Part shown: piece after piece, positions 29,233 through 38,314 of the stretch
How the letters are laid out: every line of letters starts with the position of its first letter
How positions within the stretch are numbered: position 1 is the first letter of the stretch
Source: a virus
Length of the DNA stretch: 64,000 nt
Reading direction: 5' to 3' (one strand)
IMG/VR virus record: IMGVR_UViG_3300005096_000103
Location: 64,001 to 128,000 of that record
The notes under the pieces: generated by a model
What the model saw: only the letters and a program-made list of their open reading frames with translations
Database searches by the model: none
What the model was told of the DNA's origin: nothing
Translations under genes and position numbers: made by a program

Positions 29233-29583
29233 CTAAACAGTCAATGTCGAAACTCTCTGGAGCCTCTTAGAGTCCCTATCCTCTGCTTCAAGCTCAATGA
29301 CTCTCTTTTTATACCTAGCAATCTTATACTTAGTCGTATGTACACTTTCGTCAACATGTGCAATAACCGACTCTTCTGCGCGGCCTATGTACTCTTGGAT
29401 GATCTCGGGCTTAGCCCCTGTATACTGTGTACAAAGCATCAAAACTTTCATGTAAAATTGTAGCTCTTCTGCATCCCGATCCCTCTCCCGTAGATACATC
29501 TCTTTGAAGAGGATGCTCTGATATGTATACCTCTCTGGTAGCGGGAGTCCATGCCACACCCTATGTGCTCGGGCTCTGTTCAT
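29233..29583 (-). CDS. Downstream (T) frame of a probable tail assembly chaperone G/GT pair
   Basis: In the -1 frame of 29592-30584 with no intervening stop; no clear SD of its own. Confidence 0.7.
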   Translation of the reverse strand: MNRARAHRVWHGLPLPERYTYQSILFKEMYLRERDRDAEELQFYMKVLMLCTQYTGAKPEIIQEYIGRAEESVIAHVDESVHTTKYKIARYKKRVIELEAEDRDSKRLQRVSTLTV

Positions 29584-29601
29584 AGGGCTTTCTAAAAATT
29601 T
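29558..29601 (-). other. Programmed -1 ribosomal frameshift signal
   Basis: A_AAT_TTT heptamer (29601-29595) before TAG, 6 nt spacer, GCCCTATG/CATAGGGT stem. Confidence 0.75.
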
Positions 29602-30584
29602 GACATGAAGTCCTTTGAAAACACTGCTGCCACTAGTTGATCGAGTTCCCTAAGCTTATCAAGTAATAGAGTGTATACGGCCTCTTGCAGGTTACACGCC
29701 CATTCAATCCTAGCTTCAACAGTCCAGTCATCCATACGAGTGTCCCCGTACCTACATATTGACGCAGCTAAGTTCTGTCGCCAAGTTAAATATGATAACG
29801 TGATCCCTGACATCGCCGATTCTTCTGCGGACTGTTCAAGCTTCTCATTGATGCTTGCGATGTCTCCACCGTCGCGAGTCTTTAACTCAACAGAGAAGTT
29901 TCCTAGGATCTGATAGACGCGTCTATAAGGCTTATTCTGGAGCATCATAGTATCAATGATCTCCCAAGCCTCTTCCTTTGTTACACCTGCTAACTCTAGC
30001 TTTGCTTCAAATATCTCCTTCTTACTCTTCTCTACCTTGATCTGTTCTCCAATGATACTCTGTGGAGTGATGGAAACTTCTTCTTCGAGCTCTTTGGTGT
30101 CTAACGAATCTACCTTTTCTAGGACAGAGTCTGGCATCGCTGCGGAGAGTTCACCACCTTTAGGTGCGTCCTTAGACACGAGAGTTCTAGTCATCTGCCC
30201 TTCCTCGTCTTCCTCATATTTCTCTACTTTAATATTCCCTCCACGAACAGCTTTCCAGCGGTCTCTTACTTCTTTAGCTATACGTTCGTGAAACTCTTTA
30301 CCTACTAACTCTTCGTCTGTAGACGTTTCTAGGTTAGACGTTTCTAAGTTAGACATAACCATCTCACCCTCTACAACGACCGGAACAACTACTGAGCCCT
30401 CTTCTATAGCTTTAGACATTGCTTCGCCATCAGGGTCATAGTACCCTTCCTCTATCTTATTCATAAAGTCTTTAGAGCTTTCATAGATATCATCGCCATT
30501 ATAATGGGCGTTGAGCGTAACAGAAGCTAGAGCTTTAATCTTGAGATCGTCTCTATACTCGCTGCGTTCTTTGTCTGTTAGCAT
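29592..30584 (-). CDS. Probable tail assembly chaperone (G frame) with acidic N-terminal half
   Basis: 330 aa; helical C-terminus ending KDFMSNF* at the slippery site. Confidence 0.6.
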   Translation of the reverse strand: MLTDKERSEYRDDLKIKALASVTLNAHYNGDDIYESSKDFMNKIEEGYYDPDGEAMSKAIEEGSVVVPVVVEGEMVMSNLETSNLETSTDEELVGKEFHERIAKEVRDRWKAVRGGNIKVEKYEEDEEGQMTRTLVSKDAPKGGELSAAMPDSVLEKVDSLDTKELEEEVSITPQSIIGEQIKVEKSKKEIFEAKLELAGVTKEEAWEIIDTMMLQNKPYRRVYQILGNFSVELKTRDGGDIASINEKLEQSAEESAMSGITLSYLTWRQNLAASICRYGDTRMDDWTVEARIEWACNLQEAVYTLLLDKLRELDQLVAAVFSKDFMSNF

Positions 30585-30633
30585 GTCAGCTCCCTAGTTG
30601 CGTTATGTCTGGTTGTGGTGTAGCCTGTTTATC

Positions 30634-30642
30634 TGGTATAAG
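30634..30642 (+). promoter_or_regulatory. TGGTATAAG extended -10-like motif
   Basis: Intergenic, upstream of the 30687 gene run; one of six identical copies. Confidence 0.65.
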
Positions 30643-30686
30643 GTATTGGAACCTTAGCTACATTAGACTATAACTCGGATAAGGAA

Positions 30687-30992
30687 ATGTCAATGTCTAT
30701 CAGTGGCACTATTTCTTTAGATCACTGGAACTACCTATGGGACGCCTCTGAAGAGATAAACACAGATTCTGATGGTAGTTACATCAACCTGATAAGGTCT
30801 GATAAGAATGGTAAGCGGAGCATAACCTACCATCACGGGCCAGAGTCTATACCTCCAAGGGCTATAATAACTTTTAATACAGAGTCCAGCCGACTGATAC
30901 TCACAGGTCTTGGACACTACGCCGAAGAAGATGAACAGGGATATGCTAATTTCCTCGATGCCGTGTACGGCGGCTTCTTTCCAAAAGACTAA
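30687..30992 (+). CDS. Hypothetical protein
   Basis: 101 aa ORF after AAGGA. Confidence 0.6.
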   Translation: MSMSISGTISLDHWNYLWDASEEINTDSDGSYINLIRSDKNGKRSITYHHGPESIPPRAIITFNTESSRLILTGLGHYAEEDEQGYANFLDAVYGGFFPKD

Positions 30993-31015
30993 CATCCCTC
31001 CCTGAAGAGACCCAA

Positions 31016-33250
31016 ATGTACTGTTTCTCATGTAAGAGAGCCGTCCCTGTTGACGTATCAAATCCTGGACGGAAATGCCCATGCTCAGGGGCTTTGTACC
31101 TGACACCTCAAGACCTCCTTAGTTCTATGTACACTAAAATAGTTCCTCAGGTTAGAGAACCACAGGTTCAGATGGCCTCTATCATCGACGAGGCTATACG
31201 CGACAGTGTATTATCCCCTAAGTCAAGTGTCATAGCTATAGAAGCACCGACTGGTACAGGGAAAACGTTAGCTTACCTAGCTGCAGCTCTTGAGAAGCCA
31301 GACGCTTACGTCGTGATCTCTGTATCGACGAAGAACCTACAAGACCAAGTAAGCAATGACATTGGTAGACTCTGCGCAGATATCTTAAGGCTCACAGGTA
31401 GCGTGCCTACCAATCTTAGTAAGACCTATGCGCTGCGAGGGGCAAGCAACTATTTCTGCCGTTCTAAGTGCGCAACCTTAGTGGCGTCGGGTGGTCTTAC
31501 TGAGGCAGATGCGACTAACCTAGAGTCTATCAACGACTCGGTATATAGTGACTGCTCCTTATCATTAGCAGAGATAACCACAGCTAATCCACACCTCACT
31601 AAGTATCTCCGTAAGTGTGGCGTATACGGTAACAAGACCTGCACTAAGTGTGAGTTCAGGGATGAGTGCAACTTCATCGATCATAAGATCAAGATGTGTC
31701 AGCAGGGCAGCCGGATAGTGGTTGTAAACCACGCTATGGTAGCTGCTCAGATTAAGCTGAAGTCCAAAGCGCGTATAGACATTGAGCAACGTGTACCTGT
31801 TACGCCTGTAGAAATAAGCTCAATGGCTTTTAAGACGATCCTCAGCCGGTCTACAACTATTATATTCGACGAAGCTCATCAGTTTGTTGACTACTTAGAG
31901 AGCGCCTTCACTGATGATGTGTCGCTACCCACAGTACTTCGTAACTGTGGGTTGATTATAAGTAAAGTCCTACCAGGTCTGGCAGCGAGGTCAGGGTCTG
32001 GGATGCTAGCAGACAACACGACTAAGTACATCAGTCGTCTAACATCTGCTGTGCTAGAACTAGACATCGCATTCAAAAACCTCCTTAAGGATAGTAGAGG
32101 CGGTACCCATGTCATAACCTCTGGAGACTTTTCAGCGTTGTCGCAGGCTGCACTCGAAGCGCTGAGATTCCCAGAGACGCAGCCTATAGGCACTCACCTA
32201 GGCCCTTTGATTGATCTTAGGACCTACGAGTCACTAATCGAGGATGTAAAAAGTTTAAGAGCAATGTTTGACTGTGGTTTAAACTTCAGCTGTATAAACC
32301 TAACTCCAAAAGGTGAAGTTACTCTAACCATTAAATATCATATCCCTAAAGCCGCGATACAAAATATAGTAGCATTGAAGACTGTAGTCCTAACTAGCGG
32401 GACACTCGTTAAGGAGAGGAATGACGAGCTACATTGTAACCACATCCTAGGCCCTATGGGATTACAAAATGGAGCGTTTATACATCGGGTCAACACTGTA
32501 TTTAACTACGACAAGCAATGTGTGTTCTATATTCCTAGACGTAATGTTATAGACCCTTCAAACTATAGAAAGGGTGGTAGTGCGCAAGAAAAGTATCTTG
32601 ACGAGTTCATCAAGCATGCTGCCGAGCTTATACGTATCACAGACGGCGGGACTGTCATACTATTCAGTGCACGTAGGGAGATGGATTCCGTCTACGATAG
32701 ACTACGTGACCACGAGTCATGTACCAGTCGCGAGATACTTATTCAATCACTGAGAGTAAACACCGGAGACCTAACAAAAGACTTCGAAGAGCAAAGCATT
32801 GATGCTTACTTAGCAGAAGATCCTGGCCCTATTCTCCTAGGTCTTAATTCTTTCTGGGAAGGATTCTCCGTAGAGGGTCCAGCTCTCCGTAGCGTCATCG
32901 TAGCTAAACTACGATTTCCTCGCCCTCAAGACCCACAACTATTGTATCTAAAAGATCGTGGTGTTTCTGACACGTTTAATCAGTATTCAATCCCCTTTGC
33001 AACGCAACATCTCCGACAAGCTGAGGGGAGGCTCCTCCGTACACAACACGACTACGGTATTGTATCGCTGTTTGATACCCGGGTATCAACTAAAGCATAT
33101 GGTCGTAGGATACTAAAGCATATGAGTACCTGCACCGAGTCTACGAAAACACATAACCTTAAAGAAGTTGCAACACGGTATAACGAACTTAACGCCAAAC
33201 ACTCAGAGTACTGGGATGAAGAATATGTCAAACGACGAGAAAGTGAATAA
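31016..33250 (+). CDS. dinG: DinG/YoaA-family SF2 helicase with Fe-S cysteines and N-terminal Zn finger
   Basis: Q-motif REPQVQM, EAPTGTGKT, FDEAH, LTSGTL, FWEGFSVEG, LRQAEGRLLRT; Cys cluster FCRSKC..CTKCEFRDEC. Confidence 0.9.
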   Translation: MYCFSCKRAVPVDVSNPGRKCPCSGALYLTPQDLLSSMYTKIVPQVREPQVQMASIIDEAIRDSVLSPKSSVIAIEAPTGTGKTLAYLAAALEKPDAYVVISVSTKNLQDQVSNDIGRLCADILRLTGSVPTNLSKTYALRGASNYFCRSKCATLVASGGLTEADATNLESINDSVYSDCSLSLAEITTANPHLTKYLRKCGVYGNKTCTKCEFRDECNFIDHKIKMCQQGSRIVVVNHAMVAAQIKLKSKARIDIEQRVPVTPVEISSMAFKTILSRSTTIIFDEAHQFVDYLESAFTDDVSLPTVLRNCGLIISKVLPGLAARSGSGMLADNTTKYISRLTSAVLELDIAFKNLLKDSRGGTHVITSGDFSALSQAALEALRFPETQPIGTHLGPLIDLRTYESLIEDVKSLRAMFDCGLNFSCINLTPKGEVTLTIKYHIPKAAIQNIVALKTVVLTSGTLVKERNDELHCNHILGPMGLQNGAFIHRVNTVFNYDKQCVFYIPRRNVIDPSNYRKGGSAQEKYLDEFIKHAAELIRITDGGTVILFSARREMDSVYDRLRDHESCTSREILIQSLRVNTGDLTKDFEEQSIDAYLAEDPGPILLGLNSFWEGFSVEGPALRSVIVAKLRFPRPQDPQLLYLKDRGVSDTFNQYSIPFATQHLRQAEGRLLRTQHDYGIVSLFDTRVSTKAYGRRILKHMSTCTESTKTHNLKEVATRYNELNAKHSEYWDEEYVKRRESE

Positions 33251-33476
33251 AGGTAAAAAATCTGGATTCCTTCTGCTAGACAAGATTACAGTTTACCTTA
33301 ACTATAGCCCTTACGCTGACTCAGGTGTCTACTGGGCACCCGTAGGCGCTATCTCTATTGATGAGGGCATATACTGGGATACTTCTACGAAGCTGTACGT
33401 CCAAACTAAAACAGAAAAGACATGGTACCTTAACGATGACTTACTCCCAATCCTTAATGCATGGACAGGTGTATAA
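33225..33476 (+). CDS. Small hypothetical protein
   Basis: Likely start ATG 33225 (MSNDEK), overlapping the dinG end. Confidence 0.55.
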   Translation: MSNDEKVNKGKKSGFLLLDKITVYLNYSPYADSGVYWAPVGAISIDEGIYWDTSTKLYVQTKTEKTWYLNDDLLPILNAWTGV

Positions 33477-33524
33477 GGGATAGCTCAATAGACAGGTGTA
33501 TAAGGGAAAGCTCAATAGACAGGT
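33464..33524. repeat. 27 bp tandem duplication across a stop/start junction
   Basis: GACAGGTGTATAAGGGA(T/A)AGCTCAATA x2 plus a partial copy. Confidence 0.9.
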
Positions 33525-33529
33525 ATACG

Positions 33530-34471
33530 ATGGAAAACCCTACAGACTACGTAGCTATGCGAAACGTGAAAAAGAGTCTAGTTATAAACTCTGACTTTGA
33601 ACCTGAATTATACTATTTCGTTGACACGCCAGAGATGCTATTTAAGATCCTACCGCCAACAGGTAGAAAGAGCGGGGTAATTAAGAAAACTGCAGGGCGG
33701 CTGATGTCTATGATCCGCCTTAAGTACCCGTCACAGTCAATAAACGCTGTCAGGATCGGACGCGTGGACCTTATGTCGTTCAGGCGCTTCTTTAGATACT
33801 ACGCAAAACGCAACAAGATAGACAGTGAGAAATCTGAAGAGGAGCTAGCTATCAAGCTCAGCAAATCCTTCTCTAAGATAATATCAAGAGTACAGGCGCC
33901 TCGGGATATTCTACAAATAAACCCTCGCGAGATGCTTGACTTCTTCAGGTTACATAGAGTTGGTGGATTCTACCACCCGCCAGAGTCTATCCGCCGTCTA
34001 TTGACAAGCACACAGGCTCTCTACCTGTTCAGCATTATCACAAACTACAGTATGCGGTTCATGCTGTCTAATAGGCGGGGTTCAGAGCGAAATACACTCT
34101 ACATCACTGCTAGAGTAGACCCGAATGCTATCCCGTATAATCTCCCTCTAAACACTATATTCCCTAGTAGATACCTGGTCTTATGCAAGAGTCGTATGCA
34201 GGCAGAACTCGCCCTATACACACTGCTAATCCGTGAGATAAACAAGAATAAGATCTATAATGTCGGTGGAGCTATGTACGATAATGTTGCCAAAAACTTG
34301 AACAAATATTCTAAGGCCCTGTTCAAGGGTAACGCTATCGATCCTCCTACATGCTTTGCACCTTGGAAACTTGAGAGCATCAACGCCCTCAACATTCCGA
34401 CCTATCAAACGCATCTATTACAAAACAGGAAATCAGCCTACGACTACCGTAAAGTAGTCGTACTCAGTTAA
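33530..34471 (+). CDS. Hypothetical basic protein
   Basis: Long ORF; start placed after the repeat (MENPTDY). Confidence 0.7.
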   Translation: MENPTDYVAMRNVKKSLVINSDFEPELYYFVDTPEMLFKILPPTGRKSGVIKKTAGRLMSMIRLKYPSQSINAVRIGRVDLMSFRRFFRYYAKRNKIDSEKSEEELAIKLSKSFSKIISRVQAPRDILQINPREMLDFFRLHRVGGFYHPPESIRRLLTSTQALYLFSIITNYSMRFMLSNRRGSERNTLYITARVDPNAIPYNLPLNTIFPSRYLVLCKSRMQAELALYTLLIREINKNKIYNVGGAMYDNVAKNLNKYSKALFKGNAIDPPTCFAPWKLESINALNIPTYQTHLLQNRKSAYDYRKVVVLS

Positions 34472-34492
34472 ATAAAAACTCAGGGAGCTGTA

Positions 34493-35038
34493 ATGAAATG
34501 GTCGCTAACTGAAGAAATTAACAACCCTGATCAGTCTGCTGCGGAACTAGCACAGGAACGGGCGCCAGTAAGTTACACTCCGTTAACAGTAACGTACGAC
34601 GGTCCAGCCTACGTGTGGAATCTGACTTTCAGAGCTCCAAAATACACAAAAGATCAACTTGTTGAATTCTACAGAGACCTCTGTTCTTTAGACCCTAGCC
34701 CTACTGGGTGTGTCACACTAAAGAGTTCGCTACACCGTGTTCTGGGTATCTCTGACTTTGTGTTCAATAAGACACACCGTGCTACCTACTGTACTGTGTA
34801 CACAACCCCAGTAGACGAGCCGACATTCTACCCCGCGTCTATAACCTTATCTACCTGGACTTCACCTAAATTCACAAGAGGTTTACAGATATTACACCCT
34901 CCTATATTAATAAAATCTAATAGAGGAAACTCTACTAACACATCTCCGGCTCTTGAGGTCCGTCCGGAGATCCAAGAGGTCCCTGTCTACATTGAGGGGT
35001 TCTTGAGAAATATCATTATAACTGTTGACGGGACCTGA
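34493..35038 (+). CDS. Hypothetical protein
   Basis: 181 aa ORF with GGGAG SD. Confidence 0.65.
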   Translation: MKWSLTEEINNPDQSAAELAQERAPVSYTPLTVTYDGPAYVWNLTFRAPKYTKDQLVEFYRDLCSLDPSPTGCVTLKSSLHRVLGISDFVFNKTHRATYCTVYTTPVDEPTFYPASITLSTWTSPKFTRGLQILHPPILIKSNRGNSTNTSPALEVRPEIQEVPVYIEGFLRNIIITVDGT

Positions 35039-35052
35039 GAGGGCTGTATAAT
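35025..35052 (+). promoter_or_regulatory. Sigma70-like promoter
   Basis: TTGACG-N16-TATAAT upstream of the 35089 gene. Confidence 0.6.
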
Positions 35053-35088
35053 ATGCTATAGAGGTTACCTACCTAGGAGGGCTAGTAC

Positions 35089-35487
35089 ATGGCAGCCGAT
35101 AGAAAGACGCAGATACACCTCAAGGTATTCCAGATACCTGTACGTAGCCACAGCGAACACGTGGCTAAAATTATAGAGGCTAATAGGTGCCTACGAGATC
35201 GTCTACCCTGCATCTCACCCACCCGACCTCTCCTACACTTGTCTACCCATAACATTGAAGACAACTATTATGAATGGGAAGGTGTCTGGACATGTAGGGG
35301 ATTCAAGAGTAAACTTAAGCACCCTAGGATCGCGCGTAGAGTTGCGAGCATTATATGGGACGTATTTCAGCAGTATGTATGGCTTGAAGTCGTTCTTATA
35401 GAGTGCTTCCCTGATAAAATGGGGACTGTGTTTAAGACTTGCTTCGAGTTCAGTGACTCAGAAGATTATGATGCATTACACGGGTAG
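35089..35487 (+). CDS. Hypothetical protein
   Basis: 132 aa ORF with AGGAGG SD. Confidence 0.7.
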   Translation: MAADRKTQIHLKVFQIPVRSHSEHVAKIIEANRCLRDRLPCISPTRPLLHLSTHNIEDNYYEWEGVWTCRGFKSKLKHPRIARRVASIIWDVFQQYVWLEVVLIECFPDKMGTVFKTCFEFSDSEDYDALHG

Positions 35488-35511
35488 TATTGTTGAGAGG
35501 GAGTCTTTCAT

Positions 35512-35919
35512 ATGTCAGTAGATCCTTGGTCTCTCTGCATTACGCTAAGCGCTCGGATACCCGACGAAACTCTAAGTCTTATTGACTCTGAGCTAGACGA
35601 CTTCTTCACCGACGTAGCGTGGAACACCTTCTCAGCTAGCCGAGAGTCTGAGGTTTTTTATACCTTTGGTTCCAAAGGGGACGCCACTCGGCTTGACCTA
35701 GAAGAACTCATAAAAGTCCTAGTGTGGACCTGCACTAACCAATTTACCTACATCGAAGTCACTTCAAAGTATAAGAATGTAGACCACCGTAGGCGGATAT
35801 TTACACGTCGAGATTTCACAATGTTCCAACGTCACAGGTACCAACTCCACGATCTATCTAAGCTTGGTCCGTTAGACCGAAGCATGCGGAGATGGCTGCC
35901 TGTATTTACCCTAGAATAA
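35512..35919 (+). CDS. Hypothetical protein
   Basis: 135 aa ORF with GGGAG SD. Confidence 0.7.
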   Translation: MSVDPWSLCITLSARIPDETLSLIDSELDDFFTDVAWNTFSASRESEVFYTFGSKGDATRLDLEELIKVLVWTCTNQFTYIEVTSKYKNVDHRRRIFTRRDFTMFQRHRYQLHDLSKLGPLDRSMRRWLPVFTLE

Positions 35920-35930
35920 AGGTATGTTAT

Positions 35931-36623
35931 ATGTATAAGTTTTCCGTCGTGCTACTTTTTAGCGCGTTAAGTTTATTAGCCGCGTTAAGTTTATTAGCCT
36001 CAGATGTTAGTGCCGAAATGCGAAAGACAAACGTACACTCTAGCGAAGGGTTAGAGGCTCTTAGCTCCAAAACCACAGTGTATAATACAGCAAATTCGTC
36101 TCCTGAGACTCTGGCGCTCATAAATGCTGTCTATGGTGCACTTAGACTCGACTCCTCTCGACTTACGAAGGCAGAGATCACACCATGGGTTACTGCTGTC
36201 GCTAAGGAGAGCCGCGCTGCAGGAGTCGACCCCCTCGACGCTGTCACAATCATCTTTCTTGAATCTAGGTGGATGCCACGAGCGCTAGGAGATGGAGGTC
36301 GAGCTTGTGGTCTAGCACAGCAACATGCTCGATTCTCATCGAAGTGGGCTGTGTCGCCCTACTCCAAGATCAAAAACTCAAAGTCCCGGATAGAAAAGGA
36401 GTGCAATCTTCTAAAAACTCCTGAGTACTCAGCTAAAATACTCGCTTACCACCTAGCCTACTTGGCTGTCAAGGCTCGGAAGTCTGGTATCCCTCCCTCA
36501 GAGGTTATCTGGTGGTACAACGGCCGACGGCGTTATCAGGATAAGTTTGATAGATGGCGTGCAGCTATTAAAGACGCTTACATCCGCAGCCTAGCACGCG
36601 GTGCGTCTACCAACAAAACTTAG
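35931..36623 (+). CDS. Lytic transglycosylase (SLT-like) with N-terminal signal peptide
   Basis: MYKFSVVLLFSALSLLAALSLLASDVSA leader; IIFLESRW, ACGLAQQ, WWYNG motifs. Confidence 0.8.
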   Translation: MYKFSVVLLFSALSLLAALSLLASDVSAEMRKTNVHSSEGLEALSSKTTVYNTANSSPETLALINAVYGALRLDSSRLTKAEITPWVTAVAKESRAAGVDPLDAVTIIFLESRWMPRALGDGGRACGLAQQHARFSSKWAVSPYSKIKNSKSRIEKECNLLKTPEYSAKILAYHLAYLAVKARKSGIPPSEVIWWYNGRRRYQDKFDRWRAAIKDAYIRSLARGASTNKT

Positions 36624-36649
36624 CACATCCGCGGTGTACTACACCGTGT

Positions 36650-36723
36650 GGGACTGTAACCCAATTGGTAGAGGTAAGGGACTTAAAATCCCTCAAGTGT
36701 GGGTTCGAGTCCCACCAGTCCTA
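36650..36723 (+). tRNA. tRNA-Leu(UAA), short variable loop, CCA not encoded
   Basis: Acceptor GGGACTG/CAGTCCT plus A73; anticodon arm AGGGA-CTTAAAA-TCCCT; T arm GTGGG-TTCGAGT-CCCAC. Confidence 0.95.
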
Positions 36724-36790
36724 TAGATACTAATCATACCTGAACTGTCCTACTCGCACTGTCCCTATAATAAAGTAGGAGATACTTCAA

Positions 36791-37114
36791 ATGCCACCCG
36801 ACATCCCAGACATCAGCCCTGGGGGGCTAGGTCCTGTCATACATCACACTGATAGTGGTATTGCTTATATATACGAAGGCCCAGGGGGCGACTTGCTCCC
36901 ATTATACGTAGGCGCTGGTAAGTTCCTGGAAACACTATACAACACTCCTAGAGGTATGTGGGTCCATCCCCCAACACAGCGAAACGGTCCTTACTTAGTA
37001 ACTGTACGACTCGCTCGCGTTAGAGTATGTTCCAGCACATTTGAACTTGTCTACCAGGCTACAAAGCGTGGTCGCGCATACGTAAGATACACCTGGCGGA
37101 ATGCTAGCCGCTAG
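36791..37114 (+). CDS. Hypothetical protein
   Basis: 107 aa ORF with AGGAG SD. Confidence 0.65.
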   Translation: MPPDIPDISPGGLGPVIHHTDSGIAYIYEGPGGDLLPLYVGAGKFLETLYNTPRGMWVHPPTQRNGPYLVTVRLARVRVCSSTFELVYQATKRGRAYVRYTWRNASR

Positions 37115-37126
37115 CGAGAGAGACAT

Positions 37127-37480
37127 ATGGCTACAAGAGAGTATGCACATCTCCTCCGTGGAGAATATTTCGTTGACCGTTGTTCCGTGAAGAAAGGGAG
37201 AGCACACGGCTACAAAAACCAGCCTTACTCACCTAGCCTATCTATCAAACGTATTTCCGACGGAGTAACGATTGCTCGCATAACACAGGTCAATACAGTA
37301 GACTACACAGCTGAGTACGTAGTATGCGTACTAGACGATAAGACGCGCATTAAACACATCGAAAGATTCAGAAAACCCCAGGACGCTGTATCCTGCGCTA
37401 TGAACAACATTGACAAAGACTATGACCCTGATGGCGTCGCAATCTTAATCCCTACCTTAGACGAGGAAACTTATGAGTAA
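37127..37480 (+). CDS. Hypothetical protein
   Basis: 117 aa ORF. Confidence 0.65.
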   Translation: MATREYAHLLRGEYFVDRCSVKKGRAHGYKNQPYSPSLSIKRISDGVTIARITQVNTVDYTAEYVVCVLDDKTRIKHIERFRKPQDAVSCAMNNIDKDYDPDGVAILIPTLDEETYE

Positions 37481-37709
37481 CACTTTACTAGAAGAGAGTA
37501 ACACTTTACTAGAAGAGAGTAACACTTTACTAGAGAGTAACACTTTACTAGAGAGTAACACTATGCTTCGAAATCTTAAAGTAGCAGACATCGAAAGCTG
37601 GACTGCATCTTCCCTACGTAAAGCACTGGCAGGTGGTAGGCTGTCTAGCTGTGTAAAAACCTTTATCAAGTTTAGACTGCTCAAGATCTATGGAGGTGAC
37701 CTAGCATGA
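37473..37709 (+). CDS. Small protein with SNTLLE(E) repeat N-terminus
   Basis: GAGGA SD; an alternative ATG at 37563 follows the repeat. Confidence 0.55.
   Translation: MSNTLLEESNTLLEESNTLLESNTLLESNTMLRNLKVADIESWTASSLRKALAGGRLSSCVKTFIKFRLLKIYGGDLA
37475..37562. repeat. Tandem repeat, 21/21/18/18 bp units plus a partial copy
   Basis: GAGTAACACTTTACTAGA(AGA) units; the first contains the upstream stop codon. Confidence 0.95.
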
Positions 37710-38134
37710 CATTCTCAGAGTTCCAAAAGGACTGCCTGCGTACAGCAAATCCTGCGTTGAGTAATGACGATAAGATACTCAATGCTGCTCTAGGCATCGG
37801 CGGGGAGTCCGGGGAGATACTGGACCTGGTAAAGAAGTTCAGGTACCAAGGCCACAGGCTCAACATAGTCAAAGTCATTGAAGAGGTAGGGGATACGCTC
37901 TACTACCTCGCGAGCCTTTGCGACGCTCTAGGTATGCAACTTGGGATGTGTGCTAACTATAATACTTCAAAGCTCAAGATTCGCTACCCTGATGGCTTTA
38001 CTGTAAAAGATAGTGTTGAGCGGCGGGATAAGGATCTTGCCTCCACTGAGATATCTGCCTCGTCATCTAAGATATCTGCCGAATCTAAGGTAGCTACCTC
38101 GCCTAAAAAAGGTTTACCCTGGGAGAATCGCTAG
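37706..38134 (+). CDS. mazG: MazG-like nucleotide pyrophosphohydrolase
   Basis: FSEFQ, LNAALGIGGESGEILDLVKK, EEVGDTLYYL, N.SKL..RY. Confidence 0.9.
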   Translation: MTFSEFQKDCLRTANPALSNDDKILNAALGIGGESGEILDLVKKFRYQGHRLNIVKVIEEVGDTLYYLASLCDALGMQLGMCANYNTSKLKIRYPDGFTVKDSVERRDKDLASTEISASSSKISAESKVATSPKKGLPWENR

Positions 38135-38166
38135 AGTCTACTTCGCTGTTCACTCTAGCGATTCTC
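38123..38166 (+). terminator. Perfect 15 bp inverted repeat over the mazG stop
   Basis: GAGAATCGCTAGAGT / ACTCTAGCGATTCTC with 14 nt loop; weak U tract. Confidence 0.55.
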
Positions 38167-38208
38167 TCTGTTTCGATAGCATAGCACGAGCTATCAGACA
38201 CAAACACT

Positions 38209-38266
38209 GGTACCCGTACAACCATTAACTGGTATTTACCGTGGAGTGTACGGGTACCCTCTTTTT
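38209..38266 (+). terminator. 12 bp stem with large loop and T tract
   Basis: GGTACCCGTACA / TGTACGGGTACC followed by CTCTTTTT. Confidence 0.6.
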
Positions 38267-38305
38267 AATTAAGACCTCAGACGACTCTAAACATCTATAC
38301 TAAAC

Positions 38306-38314
38306 TGGTATAAG
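38306..38314 (+). promoter_or_regulatory. TGGTATAAG extended -10-like motif
   Basis: Intergenic, after a terminator and before the 38419 gene run. Confidence 0.65.

Noticed and set aside
35089-35919. 35089 and 35512 as a paralog pair
   Set aside because: Similar size and a late YV/YI-x-EV motif only; too weak to assert without profile alignment
36650-36723. tRNA as a prophage attachment site or host boundary
   Set aside because: No integrase, no duplicated tRNA 3' end, and phage-like genes continue on both sides
36766-36771. TATAAT upstream of 36791 as a promoter
   Set aside because: No -35 or TGn at a usable spacing; insufficient support
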